Assembly: GCA_023819315.1 (NCBI GenBank)
Contig: JAMWBQ010000001.1
Location: 1-48,534 of the forward strand
Direction of reading: 5' to 3'
From: Candidatus Omnitrophota bacterium
Lineage (GTDB): Bacteria; Omnitrophota; Gorgyraeia; Duberdicusellales; 4484-171
DNA length: 48,534 bases
The notes under the pieces: model-generated
Told to the model about the DNA's origin: nothing
The model's input: the letters and a program-made list of their open reading frames with translations, nothing else
The model's database searches: none
In this document: one piece after another, positions 30,965-39,103 of the stretch
Layout: every line of letters begins with the position of its first letter
Numbering within the stretch: position 1 is the first letter of the stretch
Made by a program: the position numbers and the translations under genes

Positions 30965-31171
30965 ATGAAGAACGATTATGTACCCTTAGAAAAGCTATTA
31001 GAAGCGAGTAATGGCTCTATTTACAAGTTAACTGCCTTGGTTGCCAAAAGAGCAAGAAGTATTGCCGAAGGAGAGAAGCCTTTAATTGATAAGCCAAAAG
31101 AAAAGGTTATTGATACCGCTTTAGAAGAAATTAAGGAAGGAAAGATAAGAGTAAAGAAGGATAAAAAGTAA
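30965..31171 (+). CDS. rpoZ: DNA-directed RNA polymerase subunit omega
   Basis: 68-aa ORF directly after gmk with an omega-like YKLTALVAKRARSI motif. Confidence 0.7.
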   Translation: MKNDYVPLEKLLEASNGSIYKLTALVAKRARSIAEGEKPLIDKPKEKVIDTALEEIKEGKIRVKKDKK

Positions 31172-31186
31172 GAAGTTTAAAAATTT

Positions 31187-31261
31187 GGCGGCGTAGCCAA
31201 GTGGCAAGGCAGTGGTCTGCAAAACCATTATTCAGCGGTTCAAATCCGCTCGCCGCCTCCA
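31187..31261 (+). tRNA. tRNA-Cys (anticodon GCA), CCA encoded
   Basis: Cloverleaf with acceptor GGCGGCG/CGCCGCC, anticodon loop CTGCAAA and T-loop GGTTCAAATCC. It has the discriminator U73 and the A13:A22 mismatch typical of tRNA-Cys, and a 3' CCA is present. Confidence 0.9.
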
Positions 31262-31288
31262 GGGTGAGTGGATTTATTTAAAAATAGT

Positions 31289-31374
31289 GGGCGAGTGGCG
31301 GAATAGGCAGACGCCTGGGACTTAAAATCCCATGTCTCGTGAGAGGCGTGAGGGTTCGACTCCCTCCTCGCCCA
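31289..31374 (+). tRNA. tRNA-Leu (anticodon UAA)
   Basis: An 86-nt class II tRNA with acceptor GGGCGAG/CTCGCCC, anticodon stem TGGGA/TCCCA with loop CTTAAAA, a long variable arm and T-arm GAGGG-TTCGACT-CCCTC. Confidence 0.9.
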
Positions 31375-31386
31375 CTTAATAAATTC

Positions 31387-31460
31387 GGGCGCATAGCTCA
31401 GCTGGTTAGAGCGCAACGTTGACATCGTTGAGGTGAGAGGTTCGACTCCTCTTGCGCCCA
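31387..31460 (+). tRNA. tRNA-Val (anticodon GAC)
   Basis: Acceptor GGGCGCA/TGCGCCC, D-arm AGCTCAGCTGGTTAGAGC, anticodon stem CAACG/CGTTG with loop TTGACAT, and T-loop GGTTCGACTCC. Confidence 0.9.
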
Positions 31461-31480
31461 TTAAAGTTAAAGAAATAATC

Positions 31481-31556
31481 GGGGTCGTCGATTAGTTTGG
31501 TTTAAGTCCCCTGACTGTCGATCAGGTGAGCGTGGGTTCAAATCCCATCGACCCCG
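31481..31556 (+). tRNA. tRNA-Asp (anticodon GUC)
   Basis: Acceptor GGGGTCG/CGACCCC, anticodon stem CCTGA/TCAGG with loop CTGTCGA, T-loop GGTTCAAATCC and discriminator G. Confidence 0.88.
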
Positions 31557-31591
31557 TTTTATTTTAAAATTAATTAAAAGAGGAGGGGGTG

Positions 31592-32740
31592 ATGCTACCA
31601 TTTGTATCAATAATCGTTCCTGTAAGGAATGCTTCGCGCACGATAACTACTACCTTAGATTATCTTATGAAGGTAGATTATCCGAGAGATTCGTGGGAGA
31701 TAGTTTTTGCTGACGGAGGAAGTAAAGATGGCACAGTTGAGATTATTAAAGAACAGAGAAGTCGTTACCCTTTTATAAAACTTGTGGAGATACCTAACTG
31801 TCCTTCTCCTGGTTTTGCTCGCACAGAAGCGCTTAAGCAATCAAAAGGTGAATTTATATTTTTTACCGATGGTGATTGTGCACCCTGTAGAGATTGGATT
31901 TACAAGATACTTAAAATTTTTGAGAAAGATAAAAAAATTGGTGCAGTAGGAGGAGAAATTTTTACTTTAAGAGTAGATAAAGATAATCTAGTAGAAATTT
32001 ATTGTGAAGCTTTTGGATTTAATCGTGTATCCTGGCGATACGGTAATCTACAAGAGGGTTACTATCCTGAGTTAGATGATTATGCTCCTACCCAAATATG
32101 TGGGCATCGTGCTTACTTTTTTGTTACTGCTAATGTAGCCTATAGGAAGGAGGTAGTAGATGATAATCAACGAAAATTTTGGGATTTACCTACCGGTGAG
32201 GATATAGATTTTGGGATAAGGGCAAGAAAAAAGGATTGGAAATTTTATTTTTTACCATCTGCTTCTGTAGAACATATGCATAGAGCAGATTTAAAGAGCC
32301 TTCTTAAAGTTTGGCGCTCTTATGGAGAAGCACACCCACCTTTATTAGCTACACATTCTAAACCTTATATGGAAATAATCTTGCAATTTATAGGTAGATA
32401 TCCTAACCATTATATTTTAAAGTTCCCAAGTTTTATTAAAGGATTTATCTATCTTGGCAATTTCCATTTTATGCATATATTTGGAGTACTTACTTTATTC
32501 TTCTTTATCCTCCAATGGGTATTTTTCCCTTCCTTGATAATGAGTATATTAGCCTGGGGCTGTTTACCTTTATTTTTGTTTTTTACATTCAGGTTTTTTA
32601 GAACTGCTTTTAATATAGAGCCATACAACAAATGGTTTGAATTCGCTAAAATGAAGTATTTAACTAACCTTTACTTCCTTTGGGGGGGATTAAAAAATTC
32701 TCTTCGTTATAGAACTTTTTGTATTGAGCCAAGTTTTTAG
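31592..32740 (+). CDS. Family 2 glycosyltransferase with a C-terminal membrane domain
   Basis: The N-terminal SIIVPVRNA, DGGSKDGT and FTDGDC (DxD) motifs are typical of GT2, and the C-terminal roughly 100 aa are hydrophobic. The ATG at 31592 is preceded by AGGAGGGGG; an alternative GTG start lies at 31589. Confidence 0.7.
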   Translation: MLPFVSIIVPVRNASRTITTTLDYLMKVDYPRDSWEIVFADGGSKDGTVEIIKEQRSRYPFIKLVEIPNCPSPGFARTEALKQSKGEFIFFTDGDCAPCRDWIYKILKIFEKDKKIGAVGGEIFTLRVDKDNLVEIYCEAFGFNRVSWRYGNLQEGYYPELDDYAPTQICGHRAYFFVTANVAYRKEVVDDNQRKFWDLPTGEDIDFGIRARKKDWKFYFLPSASVEHMHRADLKSLLKVWRSYGEAHPPLLATHSKPYMEIILQFIGRYPNHYILKFPSFIKGFIYLGNFHFMHIFGVLTLFFFILQWVFFPSLIMSILAWGCLPLFLFFTFRFFRTAFNIEPYNKWFEFAKMKYLTNLYFLWGGLKNSLRYRTFCIEPSF

Positions 32741-32769
32741 TAATAAAAATTTTCCTTAAGGGAGGAAAG

Positions 32770-33126
32770 ATGTGGGTTTTGTATTTAATTGTTGGTTTAC
32801 TTGCTGGGGTAAGTAGTGGTTTCTTTGGTATTGGTGGAGGAACGGTTCTTATACCAGCGTTAGTTTACATATTTGGTTTGACTCAGCACGAAGCACAAGG
32901 AACTACTTTAGCCATAATGGTTCCTCCTATAGGTCTTTTGGCGGCAATTAAATACTACTTAGAAGGGAATGTGAAATTATCTATGGCAATTTTTATCTGT
33001 TTAGGCTTCTTGGTGGGCGGACTTATTGGTGCACAGTTCGTTCATAAAATAGACGATTATCTTCTAAAAAAATTGTTTGGTGTGTATCTACTTTTGATTT
33101 CTATAAAAATGATTATGGGTAAATAA
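32770..33126 (+). CDS. Half-size TSUP (TauE/SafE) family membrane protein
   Basis: 118-aa ORF with four TM segments and a GFFGIGGGTVLIPAL motif typical of TSUP repeats. Normal family members are about twice this length. Confidence 0.65.
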   Translation: MWVLYLIVGLLAGVSSGFFGIGGGTVLIPALVYIFGLTQHEAQGTTLAIMVPPIGLLAAIKYYLEGNVKLSMAIFICLGFLVGGLIGAQFVHKIDDYLLKKLFGVYLLLISIKMIMGK

Positions 33127-33128
33127 CC

Positions 33129-33157
33129 TTGACATGTGTTTTATTTTAGGTTATATT
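33129..33157 (+). promoter_or_regulatory. Sigma70-like pyr operon promoter
   Basis: TTGACA (33129-33134) is followed by a 17-nt spacer and TATATT (33152-33157). The PyrR-binding element begins about 9 nt downstream. Confidence 0.55.
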
Positions 33158-33165
33158 AAATTAAA

Positions 33166-33198
33166 CCTTTAAGCCGGTCCAGTGAGGCTGGTAAGGAG
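33166..33198 (+). promoter_or_regulatory. PyrR-binding RNA element (anti-antiterminator hairpin)
   Basis: CCTTTAAGCCGGTCCAGTGAGGCTGGTAAGGAG closely matches the PyrR binding-loop consensus as I recall it (UUUAA..GUCCAGAGAGGCU..AAGG). Confidence 0.7.
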
Positions 33199-33231
33199 AA
33201 AATTATGAAGTAAAATAGAAAATAAATTTAT

Positions 33232-33259
33232 GCTCACCAGTAAGGTGAGCTTTATTTTT
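33232..33259 (+). terminator. Intrinsic terminator of the PyrR attenuator
   Basis: Stem GCTCACC / loop AGTAA / GGTGAGC, followed by TTTATTTTT, 20 nt upstream of the pyrR ATG. The 5' arm CTCAC can alternatively pair with GTGAG inside the PyrR site. Confidence 0.7.
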
Positions 33260-33278
33260 ATAGAAAGGATAAAAATTT

Positions 33279-33833
33279 ATGCCCCCCATTTTTAAAGAAA
33301 AAACAAAAATTTTATTAGAGGAGGATATTAAACGAACTCTCTATAGATTAGCTAATGAAATTTTAGAGAGCTCATTTTCACTTCCTGAAGTAGTTCTTTT
33401 AGGAATTCAGACACGGGGAGTATACATTGCAAAAAGGATAAGAGATATAATAAAGGGAATAAAAGGCATAGAACTCCCCTTAGGCACTCTTGATATAACA
33501 TTTTACCGTGATGACTTAACTGTGATTGGGCCTAAACCTTTAGTTAAAGAAACTAATATCGATTTTGATATAAACGATAAGGAGGCAATTCTTATCGATG
33601 ACGTTCTTTTTACAGGAAGAACCATTCGTGCAGCTTTAGATGAGATTATGGATTTTGGTAGACCAAAGAGAGTTCAGCTATTAGTTTTGATTGATCGTGG
33701 GCATAGAGAGTTACCTATAAGAGCGGATTTCGTAGGTAAAAATATACCAACCTCTATTAGCGAGATGGTAGAGGTGAGATTAAAAGAGGTAGATGGTAAA
33801 GAAGAAGTAGTAATTTTAGAGCCTATAAATTAG
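33279..33833 (+). CDS. pyrR: Bifunctional pyr operon regulator/uracil phosphoribosyltransferase PyrR
   Basis: 184-aa ORF with a PRTase fold, the PRPP-binding motif [12 protein letters not shown], and the length and pattern typical of PyrR. Confidence 0.9.
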   Translation: MPPIFKEKTKILLEEDIKRTLYRLANEILESSFSLPEVVLLGIQTRGVYIAKRIRDIIKGIKGIELPLGTLDITFYRDDLTVIGPKPLVKETNIDFDINDKEAILIDDVLFTGRTIRAALDEIMDFGRPKRVQLLVLIDRGHRELPIRADFVGKNIPTSISEMVEVRLKEVDGKEEVVILEPIN

Positions 33834-33834
33834 T

Positions 33835-34782
33835 ATGGTAGAGTGGACAAAAAAGCATATTTTAGAAATAAAAGACCTAACGCGTCAAGAGATGGAGGTG
33901 GTTTTTAATTTAGCTAGTTCTTTTAAGGAGGTTTCTCAAAGAGAGGTTAAAAAAACTCCTGCTTTGAGAGGTAAAACGGTGGTAAATTTATTCTTTGAGA
34001 ATTCTACGCGCACACGTACATCTTTTGAATTAGCAGCAAAAAGGCTCAGTGCTGATGTTTTGAATTTTTCCTCTTCTACTAGTAGTATTAGTAAAGGAGA
34101 AAGTGTTGTTGATACAATCAAAAATTTAGAGTCTTACCACCCGGATATTTTGATTATACGTATTGATACCAGTGCATGCTTAAAGAACTTTTTAAACTAT
34201 ACCAAGGCAAGTATCATAAATGCTGGTGATGGGAAAAATGAACATCCCACGCAAGCTCTCTTGGATATGTTTACGGTTAAAGAGGTTAAGGGTAAATTAG
34301 AGAATTTAAATGTGCTCATCGTAGGAGATATAATGCATTCCCGTGTATGTCGCTCTAATATCTTTGGCTTCCAGAAGTTCTCTTCTAAAGTGAGAGTATG
34401 TGGGCCACCAGCGTTTATCCCCTTTGAGTTTGAAAAATTGGGAGTGGATGTTTTCTATGATTTAGATAAGGCTATAGAAGAGGTGGATGTAATAATTATG
34501 TTACGTATACAGCGAGAACGTCAAAATTTAGCCTACTTTTCTACTTTGCGTGAGTATGTAGAGAATTTTTCTCTTACACCGCAACGATTGAAGAGAGCAA
34601 AAAGGGATTGTATCGTTATGCATCCCGGTCCGGTTAATTGGGATGTAGAGATAAGTTCTACCCTCAAAGATGAATTGCACCCTCTAATTTTAAAACAAGT
34701 AGAGAATGGTTTAGCTATAAGGATGGCTGTGCTTTATTTAGTAGGAGCGGAAAAAAGAGAACGTAAAACTTTAAGGAAATAA
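33835..34782 (+). CDS. pyrB: Aspartate carbamoyltransferase catalytic subunit
   Basis: 315-aa ORF containing ENSTRTRTSFE, HPTQALLD and HPGP. Confidence 0.9.
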   Translation: MVEWTKKHILEIKDLTRQEMEVVFNLASSFKEVSQREVKKTPALRGKTVVNLFFENSTRTRTSFELAAKRLSADVLNFSSSTSSISKGESVVDTIKNLESYHPDILIIRIDTSACLKNFLNYTKASIINAGDGKNEHPTQALLDMFTVKEVKGKLENLNVLIVGDIMHSRVCRSNIFGFQKFSSKVRVCGPPAFIPFEFEKLGVDVFYDLDKAIEEVDVIIMLRIQRERQNLAYFSTLREYVENFSLTPQRLKRAKRDCIVMHPGPVNWDVEISSTLKDELHPLILKQVENGLAIRMAVLYLVGAEKRERKTLRK

Positions 34783-34783
34783 A

Positions 34784-36097
34784 GTGAAAATCTTGATAAA
34801 ATCAGCAACGATTGTAAATTCTAAAAATACCATTTTAGCTGATATCCTTATTGAAAATGGTAGAATTGCTAAATTAGATAGGAATATTAAAGAAAATGCT
34901 GATAGAGAGATAGATGCCAAAGATAAATTTGTTCTCCCAGGATTGATTGATTTACATGCACATTTAAGAACACCCGGTAGAGAAGATGAGGAGGACCTTA
35001 TTAGCGGCAGTTGCTCTGCGGCTAAAGGAGGATTTACTACCATTCTCTGTATGCCCAATACTAACCCCTGTATTGATAACGAGGGAGTGGTAGAGTGGAT
35101 TAGGGAAGAAAGTCAAAAGATAGGCATAGTTGATATAATTCCTATAGGAGCAATCACTAAAGAGCGGAAAGGAAAAGAGTTAAGCGAATTCGGAGTTTTA
35201 AAGAAAGCCGGTTGTTTAGCTTTAAGTGACGATAGTGACTCTATAGATGATAGTTATCTTTTTAGACGAGCTTTAGAGTATGCTAAAATGTTTAATCTAC
35301 TTATTATTTCTCATTGTGAAGATAAAAATTTATCCTCACAGGGAGCCATGCGTGAAAGTTTAATTTCTGCTAAATATGGGATGAGTTCTATCCCCGATAT
35401 AGCTGAGACTATAAGAGTATTTAGAGATATAGAGATAGCTAAATACGTTAATACTAAATTGCATTTAGCACATATAAGCTGTAAGAAGAGCATAGAACTG
35501 ATTAGGAGGGAAAAGGAAACATTTCCTTACTTAACCTGCGAGACATCGCCTCATTATTTTATTCTTACTGTAGAAGATGTAGAGAAGAGTAATTTTCACG
35601 CCAATTTCAAAGTGAATCCCCCTCTGGGAGAAAGAAATGATGTTGAGGAAATAAGAAAAGCTATTAAGGAGGGAGTAATAGATTGTATAGCTACTGACCA
35701 CGCCCCTCACTCTTTTGCTGAGAAGGAAGCACCTTTTGAAAATGCACCTTTTGGTTTTGTAGGTTTAGAATTAGCTTTCTCTTTAACTTACACTTATTTA
35801 GTAAGAGAGAAGATAATTAGTTTTAACCAGTTAGTAGAAAAGTTATCTTATAATCCAGCAAATATTTTAGGACTAAAAGACAGAGGAGAGATTAGAAAAG
35901 ATGCTATAGCTGATTTGATTATCGTTGATGTAAATAAAAGTTGGCAGGTAATATCTAAAAATTTAGTCTCTAAATCCAAAAATACACCTTTCTTGAATTC
36001 AGAATTAATGGGGTTAGTGGAATTAACTATTCATCAAGGGAAAATAGTCTATGAGAAGCCATTTTTCCCTTCAATAGATTTATCCTCGGGAGAGTAA
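34784..36097 (+). CDS. pyrC: Dihydroorotase
   Basis: 437-aa ORF containing the amidohydrolase motif DLHAHLRTPG and the ATDHAPH motif. It has a GTG start with AAGGA upstream. Confidence 0.85.
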   Translation: MKILIKSATIVNSKNTILADILIENGRIAKLDRNIKENADREIDAKDKFVLPGLIDLHAHLRTPGREDEEDLISGSCSAAKGGFTTILCMPNTNPCIDNEGVVEWIREESQKIGIVDIIPIGAITKERKGKELSEFGVLKKAGCLALSDDSDSIDDSYLFRRALEYAKMFNLLIISHCEDKNLSSQGAMRESLISAKYGMSSIPDIAETIRVFRDIEIAKYVNTKLHLAHISCKKSIELIRREKETFPYLTCETSPHYFILTVEDVEKSNFHANFKVNPPLGERNDVEEIRKAIKEGVIDCIATDHAPHSFAEKEAPFENAPFGFVGLELAFSLTYTYLVREKIISFNQLVEKLSYNPANILGLKDRGEIRKDAIADLIIVDVNKSWQVISKNLVSKSKNTPFLNSELMGLVELTIHQGKIVYEKPFFPSIDLSSGE

Positions 36098-36098
36098 A

Positions 36099-36554
36099 AT
36101 GAAATTTATACTTAACAAGGAATTAGGTAAGTTAGCGCGCTGGTTACGTATCCTTGGCTTTGATGTTGTTTATTATAAATCTGAAAATTTAGGCACACTG
36201 ATAATAGAGGCATTAAGAGAAGATAGAATTATCGTTACGCGTAGTAAGATTAAATTTGGTAATTTAGAAAAAAATACCGTGATAGTTAATTCCCAAGATA
36301 TCAAGGAGCAATTAAAGGAGTTAATAAAGAATTTGAATTTAACCATAGATAAAGAAAAGATGTTTACTCGCTGTGTTTTGTGTAATAGAATTTTAGAAAG
36401 AGTAGATAAGATGAGTATAAAGGAGAAAATTCCTGAGTATGTTTTTGTTACCCAGGATGATTTTATGATTTGTCCTGAGTGTAATAAGGTTTATTGGCAG
36501 GGTAGCCACTGGGGAAATATTAAAAGAACGATTGCTGAATTAGGTGTTTATTAA
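36099..36554 (+). CDS. Mut7-C (DUF82) PIN-like nuclease-domain protein with a zinc ribbon
   Basis: 151-aa ORF. LGKLARWLRILGFD at the N-terminus and CVLCN...CPECNKVYWQGSHW at the C-terminus are typical of the Mut7-C RNase domain family. It starts 1 nt after the pyrC stop. Confidence 0.65.
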   Translation: MKFILNKELGKLARWLRILGFDVVYYKSENLGTLIIEALREDRIIVTRSKIKFGNLEKNTVIVNSQDIKEQLKELIKNLNLTIDKEKMFTRCVLCNRILERVDKMSIKEKIPEYVFVTQDDFMICPECNKVYWQGSHWGNIKRTIAELGVY

Positions 36555-36555
36555 A

Positions 36556-37788
36556 ATGGAATTCGTTGCTGATTTTCATATTCATTCCCGTTACTCGCGA
36601 GCCACTTCCCACGATATGGATTTGCCTCATTTAGCTAAATGGGCACGTTACAAAGGAATAACTCTTTTAGGCACAGGAGATTTTACTCATCACTTATGGT
36701 TGGAGGAATTGAAGAGGTATTTACACCCGGAGGAAGATAAAGGATTGTTTTCGTTTGAAGGAGTATACTTTATCCTTTCTGGCGAAGTAGCCAATATTTT
36801 TTCTCAAAATGGCAAAGGCTATCGTGTCCACAATATGATTTTACTACCCACATTTAAATTAGCCGAAGAGGTAAATAAAATGTTAAGTTACTATGGTAAT
36901 TTAGCTTCCGATGGTAGACCAATTTTAGGGATGAGTTGTAAGGCATTAGCTAAAGAGTTATTTAACATATCCCAAGATATTATGCTTATACCCTCTCATA
37001 TTTGGACACCCTGGTTTAGTGTTTTTGGCTCTAATTCAGGATTCAATTCTTTAGAAGAAGCATTTGATACTTATACTTCAAATTTAACTGCTTTAGAAAC
37101 AGGACTCTCCAGTGATCCTCCTATGAATTGGCGATTGTCTAAATTGGACAGGTTTAGTTTAGTTTCTAATTCTGATGCCCACTCACCTTCACGTATTGGT
37201 AGGGAGGCAAATGTATTTAACTGCGAACTTAACTATTGGGAAATAAAGAGAGTTCTTGAGAAAAAAGATAAGGAGAAATTTCTCTACACTATAGAATTTT
37301 TCCCCGAGGAGGGTAAATACCATTACGATGGTCACAGGAATTGCAATATTAGATTGCATCCCAAGGAAACAAAGAGCTATAAGGATAGATGTCCGGTTTG
37401 TGGGAAATTTCTTACCCGCGGTGTTCTCAATAGAGTAATTGAGTTAGCTGATAGAGAAGAAGGAGTTATTCCCCAAAACAGTATCAGTTATAAGAGTTTT
37501 GTTCCCTTAGATGAGATAATTGCTGAAGCAAAAGGTGTAGATAAAAAAAGCAAAGCTATAGAGAAAGAATATTTATCTATTGTTTCTGAACTCGGTTCAG
37601 AATTTAATATTTTGGTGAAACTCAAAGAAGAAGAACTTTTTTCTCGATTAAATTATCGTGTAGCTGAAGGAATAAAGAGAGTTAGGGAAGGAAAACTAAA
37701 GATTTTACCTGGTTTTGATGGTGAGTATGGCATAATAAAGATATTTGATGAGGAGGAAAAAAAGATAGAACAACTAACTTTTTTTTAA
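36556..37788 (+). CDS. Endonuclease Q-like PHP-domain nuclease (TIGR00375 family)
   Basis: The N-terminal ADFHIHSRYSRATS...GTGDFTHHLW is a PHP metal site, SNSDAHSP follows, and there is a Zn finger CPVCGKFLTRGVLNRV. The product is about 410 aa. The ATG lies 1 nt after the Mut7-C stop; an alternative GTG start at 36544 would overlap that gene. Confidence 0.7.
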   Translation: MEFVADFHIHSRYSRATSHDMDLPHLAKWARYKGITLLGTGDFTHHLWLEELKRYLHPEEDKGLFSFEGVYFILSGEVANIFSQNGKGYRVHNMILLPTFKLAEEVNKMLSYYGNLASDGRPILGMSCKALAKELFNISQDIMLIPSHIWTPWFSVFGSNSGFNSLEEAFDTYTSNLTALETGLSSDPPMNWRLSKLDRFSLVSNSDAHSPSRIGREANVFNCELNYWEIKRVLEKKDKEKFLYTIEFFPEEGKYHYDGHRNCNIRLHPKETKSYKDRCPVCGKFLTRGVLNRVIELADREEGVIPQNSISYKSFVPLDEIIAEAKGVDKKSKAIEKEYLSIVSELGSEFNILVKLKEEELFSRLNYRVAEGIKRVREGKLKILPGFDGEYGIIKIFDEEEKKIEQLTFF

Positions 37789-37802
37789 GGAGGTTATTGA
37801 GT

Positions 37803-38291
37803 ATGAAGATAGCAGTAGTATTCTACTCTTTCTCCGGTAATACTAAAAGATTAGCCAGTTTCTTAAAGAAAAAGTTTGGGGAGAAGAAAAGAGAAGTTGA
37901 TTTAATAGAACTAAAACCCGTTAGAGAAGAAACAGTGTTTTTAAAACAGTGTATGCAGGCATTTTTAAAAAGAAACCCAGAATTGTTAGATGTAGAATAC
38001 GATTTAAAAAATTACGATATGGTTATATTCTCTTCTCCTGTATGGGCATTTACCTTTGCTCCTTGCTTACATAGTTACTTTAAAAAAGTTAAGAATTTAG
38101 AAGGTAAACAGACAGTTCTAATTCTTACCTATGGTAGTGGTGCCGGGACAGATAAAGCTTTAAAGGAGATGGAAGAGGTCCTCTTGGGTTTTAAAACAAA
38201 AATTATCTTTGAGGCAAAAATCCCTGGGCATAAAACAAAGAATGAAGAGTATTTGGGGGAAAAGTTAAAACCATTGATAGAGATGGTTTGA
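37803..38291 (+). CDS. Flavodoxin-like protein
   Basis: The N-terminal KIAVVFYSFSGNTKRLA is a flavodoxin FMN-phosphate loop, and the product is about 160 aa. An AAGGAGG RBS overlaps the EndoQ stop. Confidence 0.6.
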   Translation: MKIAVVFYSFSGNTKRLASFLKKKFGEKKREVDLIELKPVREETVFLKQCMQAFLKRNPELLDVEYDLKNYDMVIFSSPVWAFTFAPCLHSYFKKVKNLEGKQTVLILTYGSGAGTDKALKEMEEVLLGFKTKIIFEAKIPGHKTKNEEYLGEKLKPLIEMV

Positions 38292-38316
38292 ATTTAAACT
38301 GGTATAGAAGATGACT

Positions 38317-38388
38317 GTCCCTATAGCTCAATGGATAGAGTGCTGGCCTCCGGAGCCAGAAATGCAGGTTCGATTCCTGCTAGGGACA
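38317..38388 (+). tRNA. tRNA-Arg (anticodon CCG)
   Basis: Acceptor GTCCCTA/TAGGGAC, D-arm AGCTCAATGGATAGAGT, anticodon stem CTGGC/GCCAG with loop CTCCGGA, T-loop GGTTCGATTCC and discriminator A. Confidence 0.9.
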
Positions 38389-38405
38389 GGGAAATATTAA
38401 AACCG

Positions 38406-39083
38406 ATGGTAAGGAAGTGTAAGATAATATTTGCTTTAGATTTTTCCCATAGAAAAGATTTTTCCTATTGGTTAGATGTAACTGAAGACCTCATAGATTT
38501 CTATAAGATAGGATTGGTAGCTTTTACAGGATTGGGGGTTGAGGCTATAAAGATAGTAAAGAGGAGGAAGAAGCGAATATTTTTAGATTTGAAATTTTTT
38601 GATATACCAAATACGATGATTAAATCAGCGATGAACCTTATCCCCTTAGGGATAGATATGTTAGATTTTCATCTTTTGGCTGATAAAGACTCCTTACAGT
38701 TTACTTTGGAAGAGATAAGAAGATTGGCTAAGAATAAAATAGAGTTACCTTATTTTTTAGGAGTAACGATATTGACAAGTACTTATTTTAAGTTTACAAT
38801 ACACAAAAAAGTATCTATACTTGTAGATAAAGCTTTTGAACTTGGATTTGATGGGGTAGTTTTACCGGGAAGAGAAGCAAAACAGATAAGAGAAAAATTA
38901 GGGAAAAATTTTTTGTTAGTATGTCCAGGGATTAGAGTTAACGATAACAACGATGACCAGAAGATGGTAGTGACGGTTAAGGAGATAAAAGAAATCGCAG
39001 ATTATATAGTAGTAGGAAGACCAATTTATCAAGCAAAAGAGCCTTGTAGGGTTATTAATGAAATTTTGAAGGAGATAGGCTAG
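38406..39083 (+). CDS. pyrF: Orotidine 5'-phosphate decarboxylase
   Basis: Contains IIFALDF, IFLDLKFFDIPNT and VVGRPIY. I place the start at the ATG at 38406 because the ORF-track start at 38331 lies inside tRNA-Arg. Confidence 0.8.
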   Translation: MVRKCKIIFALDFSHRKDFSYWLDVTEDLIDFYKIGLVAFTGLGVEAIKIVKRRKKRIFLDLKFFDIPNTMIKSAMNLIPLGIDMLDFHLLADKDSLQFTLEEIRRLAKNKIELPYFLGVTILTSTYFKFTIHKKVSILVDKAFELGFDGVVLPGREAKQIREKLGKNFLLVCPGIRVNDNNDDQKMVVTVKEIKEIADYIVVGRPIYQAKEPCRVINEILKEIG

Positions 39084-39103
39084 ATAAGATGGAGGAGAGA
39101 ACA

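Noticed and set aside
31240-31461. A 73-aa minus-strand ORF.
   Set aside because: It is the reverse complement of the tRNA-Cys 3' end, tRNA-Leu and tRNA-Val, so it is an artefact of stop-free tRNA sequence.
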